Positions 11,700 through 23,108 of a DNA stretch of 34,034 nucleotides are shown here, in pieces. This DNA comes from Antechinus flavipes (lineage: Eukaryota): NCBI RefSeq assembly GCF_016432865.1, contig NC_067401.1:379965967-380000000 (forward strand). The letters run 5' to 3'. Numbering within the stretch: the stretch's first letter is position 1; every line of letters starts with the position of its first letter. The position numbers were made by a program, and so were the translations under genes. The notes under the pieces were generated by a model that did no database searches, had not been told where the DNA came from, and saw only the letters and a list, made by a program, of their open reading frames with translations.

Positions 11700-11897
11700 G
11701 TGGCATCATGACATAGTGGACAAAGAATTGTCTTTCAAGTCAGGAAAAGCTGGGTTCAAGCCCTGCCTCAGACACAAGTTGATTGTGTGACCCTGGGCAA
11801 GTCAAATAACCTCTCAGTGAATCGGGATTGTCTTCCTAAGACTAGAGACTGTAGTTCAGGTGCCATTCTGTAATGGAAGAGAAATTTTTTCACCAGG
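11700..11897 (+). mobile_element. Marsupial CORE-SINE with non-MIR tail (family uncertain)
   Basis: Head AGTCAGGAAAAGCTGGGTTCAAGCCCTGCCTCAGACAC, core TGTGTGACCCTGGGCAAGTCA, distinct tail CTAAGACTAGAGACTGTAG. Confidence 0.7.
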
Positions 11898-11904
11898 ATC
11901 CAAG

Positions 11905-12075
11905 ACTCAGAATTCAGAGGGACCTCAGAAGCAATCTTGACCAACTTGTATATTTTACAGTTGAAGAAACTGAGTCTCATTTAGACACTCAGTGACTTAT
12001 CCAAGATTGTACAGAGAGTAAGCAGGATTTAAACCCATAGACTCTGACTCTAAAACCAGTGCTCTTTTCACTATA
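11905..12075 (-). mobile_element. MIR3-like SINE
   Basis: TTTTACAGTTGAAGAAACTGAG...GTGACTTATCCAAGA...GGATTTAAACCC. Confidence 0.7.
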
Positions 12076-12677
12076 ATCTAATAAGAGGGTAAGAATTTTA
12101 ATTTGGACACTTTTTAATCCAGTACTTTCTACTATAGAAAATGACTTTATTATCATCTAGACCATTGATAAACTACTCAAGGTGTCACAGACAGCCTGAG
12201 GACTGAGGGCTTTTACTGGACTTTATGACCTTATTGAGTGATTAAAACAATGGTTATTAGTTGTAAAGGGTTTAAAAGCATTGTGCTATATATTATTTAT
12301 TCATTGCTTTATGTATGGGAGATAAAATAATATAACTTCCTCATTTAACAACTGAGGAGAATAAAGCCTGAGAGAAGAAATGACTTTTCTAAAGTCACAG
12401 GGAAGTAATAATGAGCAGATCTGGGATATAAAACCAGCTTCAGAATAAGATCCTTTGACTTCCACTACTTTCTTTATACCATCATCTTGTCTCTTTAAGT
12501 ACCTTGAGGGCAGAAAATACTTCATTTTTGCAGTCTTATTTCCAGTATGTTGGACATTGTCTAGCATGTCATAGGTGCTTAATAAATCCCAAGGACTGAT
12601 TTTTAGCTAGCACTCAGTCCTGCTACTTAGTATCTGGGTGAGCTTGGCCATAGTATTTCCATTTCTCTGTAAAATGA

Positions 12678-12735
12678 GAAGCTAGTTAGTGTAGTGGATA
12701 GACCACTAGCCCTAAAGTCAGGAGGACCTCAGACA
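12678..12735 (+). mobile_element. 5' part of a WSINE1-like SINE running into an N-gap
   Basis: GCTAGTTAGTGTAGTGGATAGACCACTAGCCCTAAAGTCAGGAGGACC matches the WSINE1 head. Confidence 0.65.
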
Positions 12736-12921
12736 NNNNNNNNNNNNNNNNNNNNNNNNNNNNNNNNNNNNNNNNNNNNNNNNNNNNNNNNNNNNNNNNN
12801 NNNNNNNNNNNNNNNNNNNNNNNNNNNNNNNNNNNNNNNNNNNNNNNNNNNNNNNNNNNNNNNNNNNNNNNNNNNNNNNNNNNNNNNNNNNNNNNNNNNN
12901 NNNNNNNNNNNNNNNNNNNNN
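12736..12921. other. Assembly gap (186 N)
   Basis: N-run. Confidence 1.
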
Positions 12922-13977
12922 GCTAGTGTTAAAAACCCTAGATTTGTGCATCTCCCAGTTATACCTGCTTGAAAGCCACACCAACCACCATTTTCTCCCT
13001 GTTCCCTACTGCACAGCTGTGAGAAGAGGAAGGGCTAGAATGTCAGCTCCATGAGAGAAAAGATCTTGTCTTATTTTTAAAGTGCCCTATCCACAATAGG
13101 CACTCAATATACATTCTCTTCATAAATAAATAATTGAATTAATATCTAAAAAGACACTAAATTCAGCTGAATTTTTCTTTAAAATTGTTCTTCAGTTGGC
13201 ATTTTCCTATCTAATCTAGTTGCCCTCGACACAATTTAAGGCTCCACCTCCTCACCCTGAAATCAGAGGCCGAGGGCCCTGATTAATCCAGTCTGCTTTC
13301 TCCAGTTGCTTCCATTCATTGCAGAGATGCCAAAATCAAGTGGGCAAGTGAAGTTCCACCCAGGCAGGGAGAGGCGCAGCTCTCCACAGAGAGAGCAGAC
13401 GTGGGTCAGGGAAGAAGATTTATTAGCCACTAAACTAAGAGGGGGAAAAAGGCAGGGAGTAATCAAAGTGATACTTTATGTTGCTTCATCTTGGGAAAAT
13501 AATTGTTCTGCTGGAACATCATTACACTGTCATCTTTCTACTCCCGTGCCACTTACTGGAAAATAAAGACTCACTTTCTTCCCCATAATGAGCTGTAGCT
13601 TCAATAACTCAGGAGGCTTTTCAGAAGGCCAGCCACTCCACTCACCCCCGCCCCCAACCACCAGGATGTTCTTACTCTCTGATGTTACTGCAGGGTTAAG
13701 GCTTCTGGACCAGGCTTCCCCTCCAGGGCTCTCAGCCTCCGGGTGGAGCGTTCCACTTGCTCCCAAGATAAGCCCACACTACAGCCACTGGCAGGTGATA
13801 GAAATTTGGAATCAGAAAAAAATCTAGTTTGGAATTCCACCTGAGCAATTAGAACCTATTTGCCTTTAAACATATCACTTACTTCCCTGGGATTTCAGTT
13901 TCTTCTTCTATAAAATGGGATCTCTAAACCATCTCTAAATGGTCTTGAAATATGTAACTTCAGATAACGGAAGGAAA

Positions 13978-14238
13978 TGGGCATTTATGAAGCACCCACT
14001 ATGTTCCAGGCACTGTGCTAAATACAATTATTATCTCATTTAATCCTCACAGCAACTGTGGAAGATAGATGCTATTTAACACCCCCCCTCCCCATTTTAC
14101 ATGTAAGGAAATTGAATCAGGCAGAGGTTTAAATTACTTGCCATGGGTCACATATCTAGTAGGTATAAAAGGCATAATTTGAATTCAGATCTTCCTGACT
14201 CCAAGCTGAGCCTAGCCACTGTACCACCCATCTGCCTC
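13978..14238 (-). mobile_element. Near full-length MIR
   Basis: AAGCACCCACTATGTTCCAGGCACTGTGCTAA...CTCATTTAATCCTCACAGCAAC...TTTGAATTCAGATCTTCCTGACTCCAAG. Confidence 0.8.
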
Positions 14239-14926
14239 CTAATGAATACATTAATGAAAAGTCATTTCTTATGCATTCACTATGTTTCAAGCACTATACT
14301 AAGCAAGGATACAAAGAGAAATGATTAGACATTTTTTCTCTCAAGGAGCTCAGTCTAATTAGAAGAAATGAAACTTTTTTAAAAGTTCAGCTTTAAGATA
14401 GATGGGAAAAACCCACAAGCCTTAAAGACAGTGGAGAGTATGTATGCCCAATGGGTCATGGGACAATGCCAAGGGTCATCCATAGAAGCAAAGTGAACAG
14501 TAAGAGCTATAAATCTTTGGAAAGCAGTGGCTAAGAAGGTAAGACCTGATGACTTGTTATCTTGGTGTCCCCTATTTCTCCAAATGACTCAAGCCATTAA
14601 CCAACCTGGGCAAACTGGAGTGGGGAGTGGTGGGGTAGGATGGAGCAGAAAGAGGAGAAGGGAGAAGACAAGGGAAGGAAATCATACCTGTTGGAGATGG
14701 GCCTTCCTGCAAGTCACCCTCCTTCCCACCCCGCATGTGACAAGTCACCTCAACTCTATGGGACTCAGTTTCCTTCTGTAAAATGAAAAGGTAGGACTCC
14801 ATGTCTTCTAAGTTTTCTTTCAGTTTTATTTGGATGATCCTAAAAATCCACAGTTACATGAATAAATAAACAACTGACTAAATGAATTAATCCATCCAGT
14901 TAACAAAGATCCAAAGTAGTGTCCAG

Positions 14927-15133
14927 CAGTGATGTCAAATTCAAATTGAAACAAGAACTACTAAATCATACATGGATATTCCTGTGGGCCACATGTTGAC
15001 TTAGAAAACCCCCTGTTAATAGATTTCTTTTATTATTATTAATTTACTTATTTTGTTAAATATTTCTCAATTACATTTTAATCTGGTTTGGCTTCCCTTG
15101 GGAACTTTGCAGAATACAGGTTTGACACCTCTG
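14927..15133. mobile_element. hAT (Charlie-like) MITE, 207 bp
   Basis: TIRs CAGTGATGTCAAAT / GTTTGACACCTCTG (11/14 complementary). The 8-bp flanks GTGTCCAG / ATGTATAG match at 5/8, consistent with a decayed hAT TSD. Confidence 0.78.
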
Positions 15134-15227
15134 ATGTATAGCTTTAGAGGTTTGCATTGTAAAGAAAGATTTATATCAGACTTTAGGCAACATTTCCAAA
15201 GAAGGCCATGAAGACAGTAAAATAAAC

Positions 15228-15710
15228 TAGGGCTTCTTAAACTTTTTCCACTCACAACTCCTTTGCCTGGAAAATTTTTATACAACCTTGGGTATATAGG
15301 TATACAAAATAAAGAAAGAAATAAAATATTTACTGATAACAAATCATAAAGAAATTTCTTTTAAAACAATTTTGGTATACATATAATTTTACCATTTATT
15401 AAAAATTAAAACAAATTTGCATACTAATGAGATGGATTACCTATTTATTATTATATAAAGATTAAATCTGGATGGAATATTTGATATTGCAAGATGCAGA
15501 TTCAGAAACCTTTTACTATTTTTTTTATTTTTATTTTTTTAATTTAAATTTTATTTTATTTAATAATAACTTTGTTTTGACAGAATCCATGCCAGGGTAA
15601 TTTTTTACAACATTATCCCTTGCACTCGCTTATGAGAAACCTTTTACTATTGACAAATTTTTTAAGACACCCCCCCCACGGGATGGTGATCCACTATTTA
15701 AGAAACTTTA
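15228..15710. mobile_element. Second hAT-like MITE, interrupted by the 114-bp L1 insertion
   Basis: TIRs TAGGGCTTCTTAAAC / ATTTAAGAAACTTTA (11/15). The 8-bp flanks AAATAAAC / CAATAAAT match at 6/8. AT-rich interior. Confidence 0.7.
15521..15634 (-). mobile_element. 114-bp extreme 3' end of a young L1 with perfect 17-bp TSD
   Basis: The reverse complement matches 4471-4580 with 3 substitutions and 1 indel. AGAAACCTTTTACTATT lies at both 15504-15520 and 15635-15651. Confidence 0.93.
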
Positions 15711-15721
15711 CAATAAATAAT

Positions 15722-16445
15722 TAACACTACTTGGTTTGTATCCCAAAGAGATCATATAAGAAGAAAAAAGATCCATACATGCAAAAATGTTTGTAGTGGC
15801 TCTTTTTGTAGTGGCAAGAAACTGGAAATTGAGTAGATGCCCATCAATTGGGAAATGGCTAAATAAGTTATGATAAATGAATGTAATGAAATATTATTGT
15901 TCTATAAGAAATGATGAGCAGTCTGATTTCAGAAAAGTCTGGAAGGATTTACATGAACTGATGCTGAGTAAAATAAGCAGAATCAGAAGAAAATTGTACA
16001 CAATAACAAGAGGAGAACATCCCATTGGGACATCTTTTAGGATGACCAACTATGATAGACTTAGCTTTGCTCAGCAATGTGGTGATCCAGGACAATTCCA
16101 ATAGTTTTCAGATGGAAAATGGCATATACTTCAGAGAGAGAATCATGGAAACTGAATGTAGATTGAAGCATAGCCATTTTCACCTTTTTTCTTTTTGTTT
16201 GTTTGTTTGCTTGCTTTTTCTCTTTTGGTCTGATTTTCTTGTACAACATGACAAATATGGAAATTAGTTTAGAAAGATTGTACATGCTTAAACTACATCA
16301 AATTGCTTGCTGTCTTGGGTGGGAGAAGGGAAAGGAGAGAGGAAGGGGGAAAATGGAACACAAAATCTTACAGAAATAAATGTTGAAAACTATCATTACA
16401 TCTTTTTGGAAAAATAAAATATTATGGAGAAAGAAAAAATAAAAT
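15722..16445 (+). mobile_element. Old LINE-1 fragment (ORF2 end + 3'UTR)
   Basis: Degenerate homology to the ORF2 ends at 3860-4170 and 6720-7050 (GGTTTGTATCCCAAAGAGATC...CATGAACTGATGCTGAGT), with stops, followed by a 3'UTR with an A-rich end. Confidence 0.9.
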
Positions 16446-16889
16446 AGATGACTAAAAAAATTCTTTGGGATTCTTTAAACGTATAATAAAATAACATCTG
16501 TCTGGATTAGGTTAAGTAGGCAACCTGCCTTGAAGCAGAAGGGTGGGTAGATGACATGACCTCTCAAGATCAGTAGTCAGTGCAAGAGAACTAGATTTGG
16601 GGTTAGGAATCTTGGGTTCAAATCTTGATTCAATAACTTAGGAATCTGTGAGATCTTGGGCAAATCACCTAAGAGGGTGGGGGAGAGAAAAATAATAACT
16701 CAATTCAAGATACAGTACTGGGTACTGTACTAATTACTGAGGACACAAATAAGAAAAAGTCAAAAAAGAAGAACAGTTGCTTCTTCAAGGAGCTTATCAC
16801 CCCATGAGAAAAGGCACTACACAAAAGGAGGCTGGAAAAGAATGGGGGAGGACATTAGGAGCATCTTGCTCCACAGCATTGAGATGAGG

Positions 16890-17110
16890 CAGAGCTAAAA
16901 ACATAGAACCTACTATGAGCCAGGAACTGTGCTAAGTTATAACCATTATCTCATTTGATCCCCTGTAACAATCCCGGGAGACAAGCACTATTATTATCTT
17001 CCTTTTACAAATGAAGATTAAGTTAGGTGACTTCCCCAGAGTCCCAAAATCACTAACCATGGATTAATTGGAGGCTGCCCAACACTCTATTCGTTGTCCC
17101 ACTTAGCTGC
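16890..17110 (-). mobile_element. MIR
   Basis: CTACTATGAGCCAGGAACTGTGCTAAG...ATTATCTCATTTGATCC...TTTTACAAATGAAG. Confidence 0.65.
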
Positions 17111-17394
17111 CTCTCTGACCCTCATTTTCCTGAGGGGATCAAAGTCCTTTAAGACTTTTGAATTCCAAATTTGTGATTCTAGCTGGCAGTCTGTGAGCTT
17201 AACTAGCAATGCTGCATTTCCAGCAGTAACTAGTAGAGGACCACTTCAATGACTTTCTGAATAAGCACTGAGTGATCAACTTGGATCGACTTAGGTAGAA
17301 AGAAGCAGGATGATTATCTCAATGTCACTTTTCTAAACTGAGTCAACTAACTTCTTCATAAATCACAGAAATTTTTAAAATCCCTCCAACAGAC

Positions 17395-17655
17395 CATTGT
17401 TAGAGCAAAAAAGGGCTATAGGAATCACCGAGGCAAACTTTCCTCTTCCATTTTACAGATGAAGAGGAGGGAGAGGAAAACATGAAATAAGTACCTACTA
17501 TGTGTCAGGTACTTTAGTAACCATTTTACAAATATTATCTCATTTGATGAGATACAAGGAGGAAAAATATCTCTGTAAAGGTCATAAAGCTAGAAAGTGA
17601 CTGAGCTGGGATTTGAACACAATGCTAATAATTCTAAAATCATTGTTTCCATTAT
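17395..17655 (-). mobile_element. Composite MIR fragments
   Basis: CATTTTACAGATGAAGA, GTACCTACTATGTGTCAGG, GGGATTTGAAC. Confidence 0.6.
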
Positions 17656-17957
17656 CTCATTCTCCCTATACTTTTCTTCCCAATCTGTTCCTCATTCACC
17701 GATGATGAATTGACTGAGTACTTCTAGTCTATGGGCTCCACGACAGCTCCAAGCTCTGGGCTCAGGAGGTGAAGAACGTGGCCACCAACTATGCTGACTA
17801 ATCTCCAACACTTCCCAAAGCTCACAGGGACACCTAGGGACCTGAAACAACTTAGTGGCTATAGAAATACTTGGTTCTTGGGGAGGGTGGAGAAGAGAAA
17901 AGATAAGGTCTGTCCAATTTGTTCTGGGCTCTGGGAATGCCTCCTCTTATCTCTTCT

Positions 17958-18105
17958 NNNNNNNNNNNNNNNNNNNNNNNNNNNNNNNNNNNNNNNNNNN
18001 NNNNNNNNNNNNNNNNNNNNNNNNNNNNNNNNNNNNNNNNNNNNNNNNNNNNNNNNNNNNNNNNNNNNNNNNNNNNNNNNNNNNNNNNNNNNNNNNNNNN
18101 NNNNN
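17958..18105. other. Assembly gap (148 N)
   Basis: N-run. Confidence 1.
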
Positions 18106-18430
18106 TAATCCTGTAATGTCTTAAATTAAGGTGCCACTTCTGAATGCTTTCTTCGTATTTATGAAATGATTATTCGACAGAGGTGCATTTAATATTGTTA
18201 AAATAATGATTGTGCATGTTTAATGCATCAATTTAAGTTATTATCTCCCATGCTATAAAATGCTGAATAATTTCATAAATAATTATAAAGCATTTACAAA
18301 TGGCGCCTTAATGCAAAGCATTCTCAGCTAATCCTTTATCTTTCACAAACACAGAAATAACAATTAGATTCCTGGAATGAAAAAGGGAGGTTATGTTGGA
18401 GAATGCGTCACCTCCACACAGAATGCCAAT
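18106..18430. promoter_or_regulatory. Candidate AT-rich conserved non-coding element
   Basis: About a dozen TAAT/ATTA cores, retained CpGs and YY1-like AAATGGCGCC (18298-18307). Left edge lost in a gap. Confidence 0.45.
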
Positions 18431-18786
18431 CAGAAGGCAACAAGAAATGAAAGCTCTGAAAGGACCAGAGCTCCTGGGAGGAGGGGGAGGGAGATGATGC
18501 TCGGGAAAGTTTTGGGATTCCCTAACCTAGCTTCTAAGGTTTTGACATAGGATGTACACTGCTGGATCTCTCTGAAGGAAGACAATTCCCCAGCTATCCA
18601 AATTTCCACTGATATTGAACCTGAAGTATATATAACCTGCCTGACCAAAGGGAATATATTAAAGGCTAAATGTAACCATGGAGAAACAGGCAAGATGCCT
18701 TCAGGAGTTTTAATCCGGTCAAAGCATTCTGGGATTTGCACTAAGGTCATTAACCTTTCTAGCATGTATTAGCAAACTTAGTTTTT

Positions 18787-19038
18787 TTGTTGCTGTTCAG
18801 TCATTTCAGTGATGTCTGACTCTTTGTGACCCCACTTGGAGTTTTCTTGGCAAAGATAATAGAATGGTTTGTGATTTCCTTCTCTAGTTTATATTCCAGG
18901 TGAGGAAACTAAGGTAAACTGGGTTAAGTGACTTGCTCAGGGTCACACAGCTGGTGTCTAAAGCTACATTTGTACTCAGGTGAGTTTGCCTGACTCCAGT
19001 CCTGGCACTCTGTGCACTATGGCACCATCTACCTGTCC
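18787..19038 (-). mobile_element. MAR1-type CORE-SINE (tRNA-derived head, RTE/BovB-like tail)
   Basis: The minus strand has a head, the CORE (GCAAGTCACTTAACC), the tail GAAGGAAATCACAAACCA...TTTGCCAAGAAAACTCC and a CAACAA end. Confidence 0.88.
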
Positions 19039-19224
19039 ATAGAACATAATCTTATGCCTAATAAATGATTTAATAGGGAGAGCTCACTCAGCTTGAAATA
19101 CTGCACCCTATCAACAATACATAATGATGGATGCAGAAAGCAGAAAATAGAATCCCTGCCCACAAGGAGTTTATAACAGAGTTATGGAGGTGGAACTTCC
19201 CCTAAAATGATTTGAAACAACTGA

Positions 19225-19405
19225 AAGAATTTAAAGCTAGAAGATCCTCAGTAGTCACCTGATCCAGCACCCTTGTTTACAGAAGAGGCTACTGATGTCC
19301 AGAGAAGTGGTTTGTCCAAGATCACACAGATGTTAAGTAGCAGAGCCGAGATTCAAAACCTGGGTCTTCAGCTCTAAACCCACAAGACTTTCTAGACACC
19401 ACAGT
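19225..19405 (-). mobile_element. MIR3-like SINE
   Basis: AAAGCTAGAAGATCCTCAG...CCAAGATCACACAG...GAGATTCAAAACCTGGGTCTTC. Confidence 0.7.
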
Positions 19406-19498
19406 TCTTACAAATGCTTGCAGGACAGTATGCAGAGCACAACTGTTGTACATTATAAGGGATAAAGAAATAAATTAGGATGGAGCAAAAATCAAAGA

Positions 19499-19707
19499 GG
19501 GCAGCTAGGTAGTGTAGCAGATAGTGTGCCGAGTTCAAATCTGATCTCAGATACTTACAAGCTGTGTTACTCTAAGCAAGTCACTTAATCCTATCAAATG
19601 AGCTGGGAAAGGAAATGGTAAACCACTCCAGTAACTTTGACAAAAAAACTCCAAACGAGGTCAGAAAGAATCAGACAAGGACTGAAAAAATGACTGAACG
19701 CCAACAA
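19499..19707 (+). mobile_element. MAR1-type CORE-SINE with internal deletions
   Basis: GGGCAGCTAGGTAGTGTAG head, GCAAGTCACTTAA core, AAGGAAATGGTAAACCACTCCAGT tail, ending GACTGAACGCCAACAA. Confidence 0.88.
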
Positions 19708-19744
19708 GTCAGAGGCTTCTTAGAGAATGGAATAAAAGTGATAA

Positions 19745-19950
19745 TAATAGGCACATTAAGGCTTGCGAAGTGGTTTTTATACATTATTTCCATTAGTCCT
19801 CACAAATACTCAGTGAGTTAGATGCCGTTATTATCTCAATTTTACAGGTGAAGAAACAATTTAGAGAGACACTAAATGACTTGCCCAGGATCATAGAGAT
19901 ATTAAGTGTCTGAGGTAGGATTCAAACTCAGATTTTGCTGACTCCGAATT
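19745..19950 (-). mobile_element. MIR
   Basis: ATTTTACAGGTGAAGAAAC...GACTTGCCCAGGATCATAG...GGATTCAAACTCAG. Confidence 0.75.
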
Positions 19951-21782
19951 CAGCAGGTTTTTGAACATCATTTGAAAGGCCAGGATGACCAGAGTGACAA
20001 GGATGACTAAAGATCCTCTGAAGAGTAAGCATGTCAAATGCTAGATGATACTTTGGAACCTTCCCTTTGGAGTGTCCAGGGACATCCCATCCTTAGGGGG
20101 TTTGTTAATGGAATAGCCCTAGGAAAACAAAGGAGAGAAATAAATCCACCCGATATAGATGAATAACCAGTAGATTAGGAGTCAGAAGATTGAGCTATGA
20201 ACAGAACAATCAATGAGCTTTTATTAAGTACCATGTACCATGCAAAGCACTGGACATACAAAGAAAGGCAATCTTAGTCCTTACTAGCAGTTGTGACATT
20301 GGGCAAGTCATGTTACATCTCAAAGCTTCTATTTCTTTCCTATAGAATTAAAGGTTTGGATTAAATGAATTCTAAGATCCCTCTCACTCTAAAATCTATT
20401 AAAACCATGGGACAGACCAGAATGTGGGTAGCCATTCGGATCCTCCCAAGGCTGATCCTACAAATAAATAAATAGTTCCATGATTTAGCAACTCTGTCTT
20501 TAAAATCGGGGTGAGAGAAAAAGAGGTAAAAGCCTCAGGGGTCTCCGGGCTGGGACATCAGCTGCCTGTCATGGTGCATTTCTGTTCCTAACTCAGCCCA
20601 GCAGAGCGAAAGAGAATCCCAGCTGTTGTTTGTCCTCCACATTCACGGTGGTGGGGTGAAAAGAGAGGGCAAGTGTTCTCAGAACAGTCTCACTAACGAA
20701 GAGATGGCAAGTCAGGGGTTTCATTAGGCTGCTGCTCTAAAAAGATAGCTGTCAACAAGTGAGTAACAGGAGGAGGAGAAGGACATCTATTCCAACTCAG
20801 AAAGGGGAATCTCAACATGGCGCCATAGGAGGAAATCCTGACTCTACTGCTTCTTTCCCTGTAGTAAGTTAGACAAGTCTTCCAGACCTCAGTATCCTCA
20901 TCTGTAAAATGGACCAGACTACTTCAGAGTCTCTCCCATTTCTAAAATGCATGAAATCTCTCCTAAAATCTTTCTCCTATCCCTTGCCTGCTCTCTGTAG
21001 TGTGTACCAGAGCATGCATGGAAATGCTTAAGGTATTTTGTTTTGCTTTGTTTTCTGGGGATCTTTTTCATCCTTCAAGGAGAGGCTCCAAACTCACCTT
21101 CTCCAGAAAAGCTTTCCCTGATTTATTTCACCCTAATTTGATCTTTTATTACTAATGCACTTACATGTGCTTACTTAAGACCCTAATGCAATTACAGCCT
21201 GGCTTGCATTTGATTGTATTGCTATTTAAGCAGATTGTATTGTATTTAAGCAGCTTTTTATGATATTTTAGGTGTGTGGGCTATCTTCCTAAGTAGATTA
21301 TAAGTCTTTTGGGGGAGGGATGGAGATGGAGCAAGAATTATAGAACTATATCTTTTGTTTCTTCTGTACTTCACTATGTGTTGGCAGACTGAAGGATGTC
21401 AAACCAAAGGATCACCTTATAAAATGCCCAAGGTTTTTATGCCATATGCTGTTAATACTTCAGTCAGCTCCTGAGATAAAGACAGTCATGTTGAGTCCAG
21501 AATTGTTTACTGAAATTGCCAATTTCTGGCTTTTCACAGTGCCTCCTTCCTTTTCCTACCTATATACCCCACTTATCAACATCAGCTCTGGCAGATTCCT
21601 ATTTTGGGGAACATTACACCTGGCTAAAATTATTCAGGCTTGGAACCAAATTGCTATATAACCCTAGGCAAATGGCTCAAAATCTCTGGGTCTAGATCTG
21701 TATTTCCATTTCAGACCCCTTTCCAGATCCTACTCCCATATCCCTAGCTGATTTTTAGACTTAGCCATTTAGCTGTCCTTCC

Positions 21783-22121
21783 TTTTTTTTTTTTTTTTTT
21801 TTTTGTTTTGTTTTGTTTTAAAGACTGTATCTTTCTATTTCACATAGTCTAGAAATACAGTGGCTGCTCACAGGCCTCATCCTGCTCCTCATCAGCCCTG
21901 GGGGGGGGGAGGGGGCCTTGATCTGGGCAGGTTTGTTCCCCTTTGGGCAAAGTAATGCTCCCTTCTCTCATACTCCCACCCAAGGGCTCACCATATTGAT
22001 TACTAGTGAGAACACCCAGACAACTTAGCCCATTGTAGCTCAGAATTGTTGAGTTCAGGCAATCCATCAACCTCAGCTCTCCCTGGAAACAGGGATTACA
22101 GGCATTTACCACATACCCTTC
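21783..22121 (-). pseudogene. 7SL (SRP RNA) retrocopy / 7SL-derived retroposon with poly(A) tail
   Basis: The minus strand is collinear with 7SL: TGCCTGTAATCCC (22092-22104), exact ATCAATATGGTGA (21988-22000) and GCCTGTGAGCAGCCACTG (21858-21875). A/(AAAAC)n tail at 21783-21819. Possible decayed TSD TGTCCTTCC 21774-21782 / TGTCTTTCC 22124-22132. Confidence 0.9.
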
Positions 22122-23108
22122 AATGTCTTTCCATTTCAATGTCCCACCACCATGTCAATTGTAAGCCCCCCAAATCAATTCATCCTCTTCCTCCCAAAAC
22201 AACTTCTCCCTGTCATTCTTTAATACTCTTAGAGGCACTTATGAAGATTTTTCTGAACATTTTCAAGGACATTGGAGGTAGAAAGCAGAAATCCTTTATT
22301 TAAAACATATGGCTTTCCTTCTTCCTGGTGTAGGTGTATCATTAGCACTACTTTTCAGTGGATCAACCATGATTAGAGTTTATTTTTGGATCACAGATAC
22401 AATAATGAAAGGGAAAGAAATTACTGAGGTAACTGGGCAAGAATTTGAAGAGAAAAAAAGAGAAAAAGAACCAAAAAGGATAGGGAAAGAGGAGGGGGGC
22501 TGTTCCAGTTGGCATTAACTGAGGTCTGTGTCCTTGAAAGTACTCAAATCTCCTCTACAGAATCTCTGTCTTCCCCCATCCTCACCATCTACTTTTTCAT
22601 CTTTCTTTAATTTAACCTGCTTTTCCCCTAGTACTAGCAGTCAACATCCATTTTTAAAACTCTTATTCATTTGTATTGATTTTCTATTTTGTTTAATTGC
22701 TAATATTGCAACAGTATTGTTTTCTACCATTTTTCATTGCAAATGTACAGTATTTCAATTACATTATGTGTTAAATAGGTTTATGAAGTCCAGGCACAGA
22801 GCATAAACACCATTTATACTATGATATTATTTCTAGGGGAAAAGCAAGTCCCTTGATCTCTCTGTACCTCAGTTCCCCTATCTATAAAGTAATAGGAATG
22901 AACTACATAATTTCTAACATCCTTCCCAGCTCTGAATCCTATAATCTTATGTTTATGTGTTGCTTTGCTTCCCTGATTAAACTGTACTTTCCTTAAAAGC
23001 AAGGCAACCTTTTTTTTTTTTTTTAAATTCCTTTGTCATTAAAAATGTTTCACAACCTGGCTTCAATCTATATTGCAAGACTGATTATATATTACTATAT
23101 CTCATCTT

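Noticed and set aside
16711-16729. 8-bp perfect hairpin TACAGTAC-TGG-GTACTGTA
   Set aside because: A few such stems are expected by chance in 34 kb. Rho-independent terminators do not apply here.
17723-17812. Exon-like frame (LHDSSKLWAQEVKNVATNYAD*) after TTCTAG
   Set aside because: Weak polypyrimidine tract, short, and no recognised homologue. Cannot be supported without RNA-seq.
19499-19560. tRNA gene-like A/B boxes here and in other SINE heads
   Set aside because: These are tRNA-derived CORE-SINE heads continuing into CORE sequence. No cloverleaf.
21783-22121. Functional SRP RNA gene
   Set aside because: Poly(A)-like tail, possible TSD, CpG decay and loss of the helix-8 segment indicate a retrocopy.
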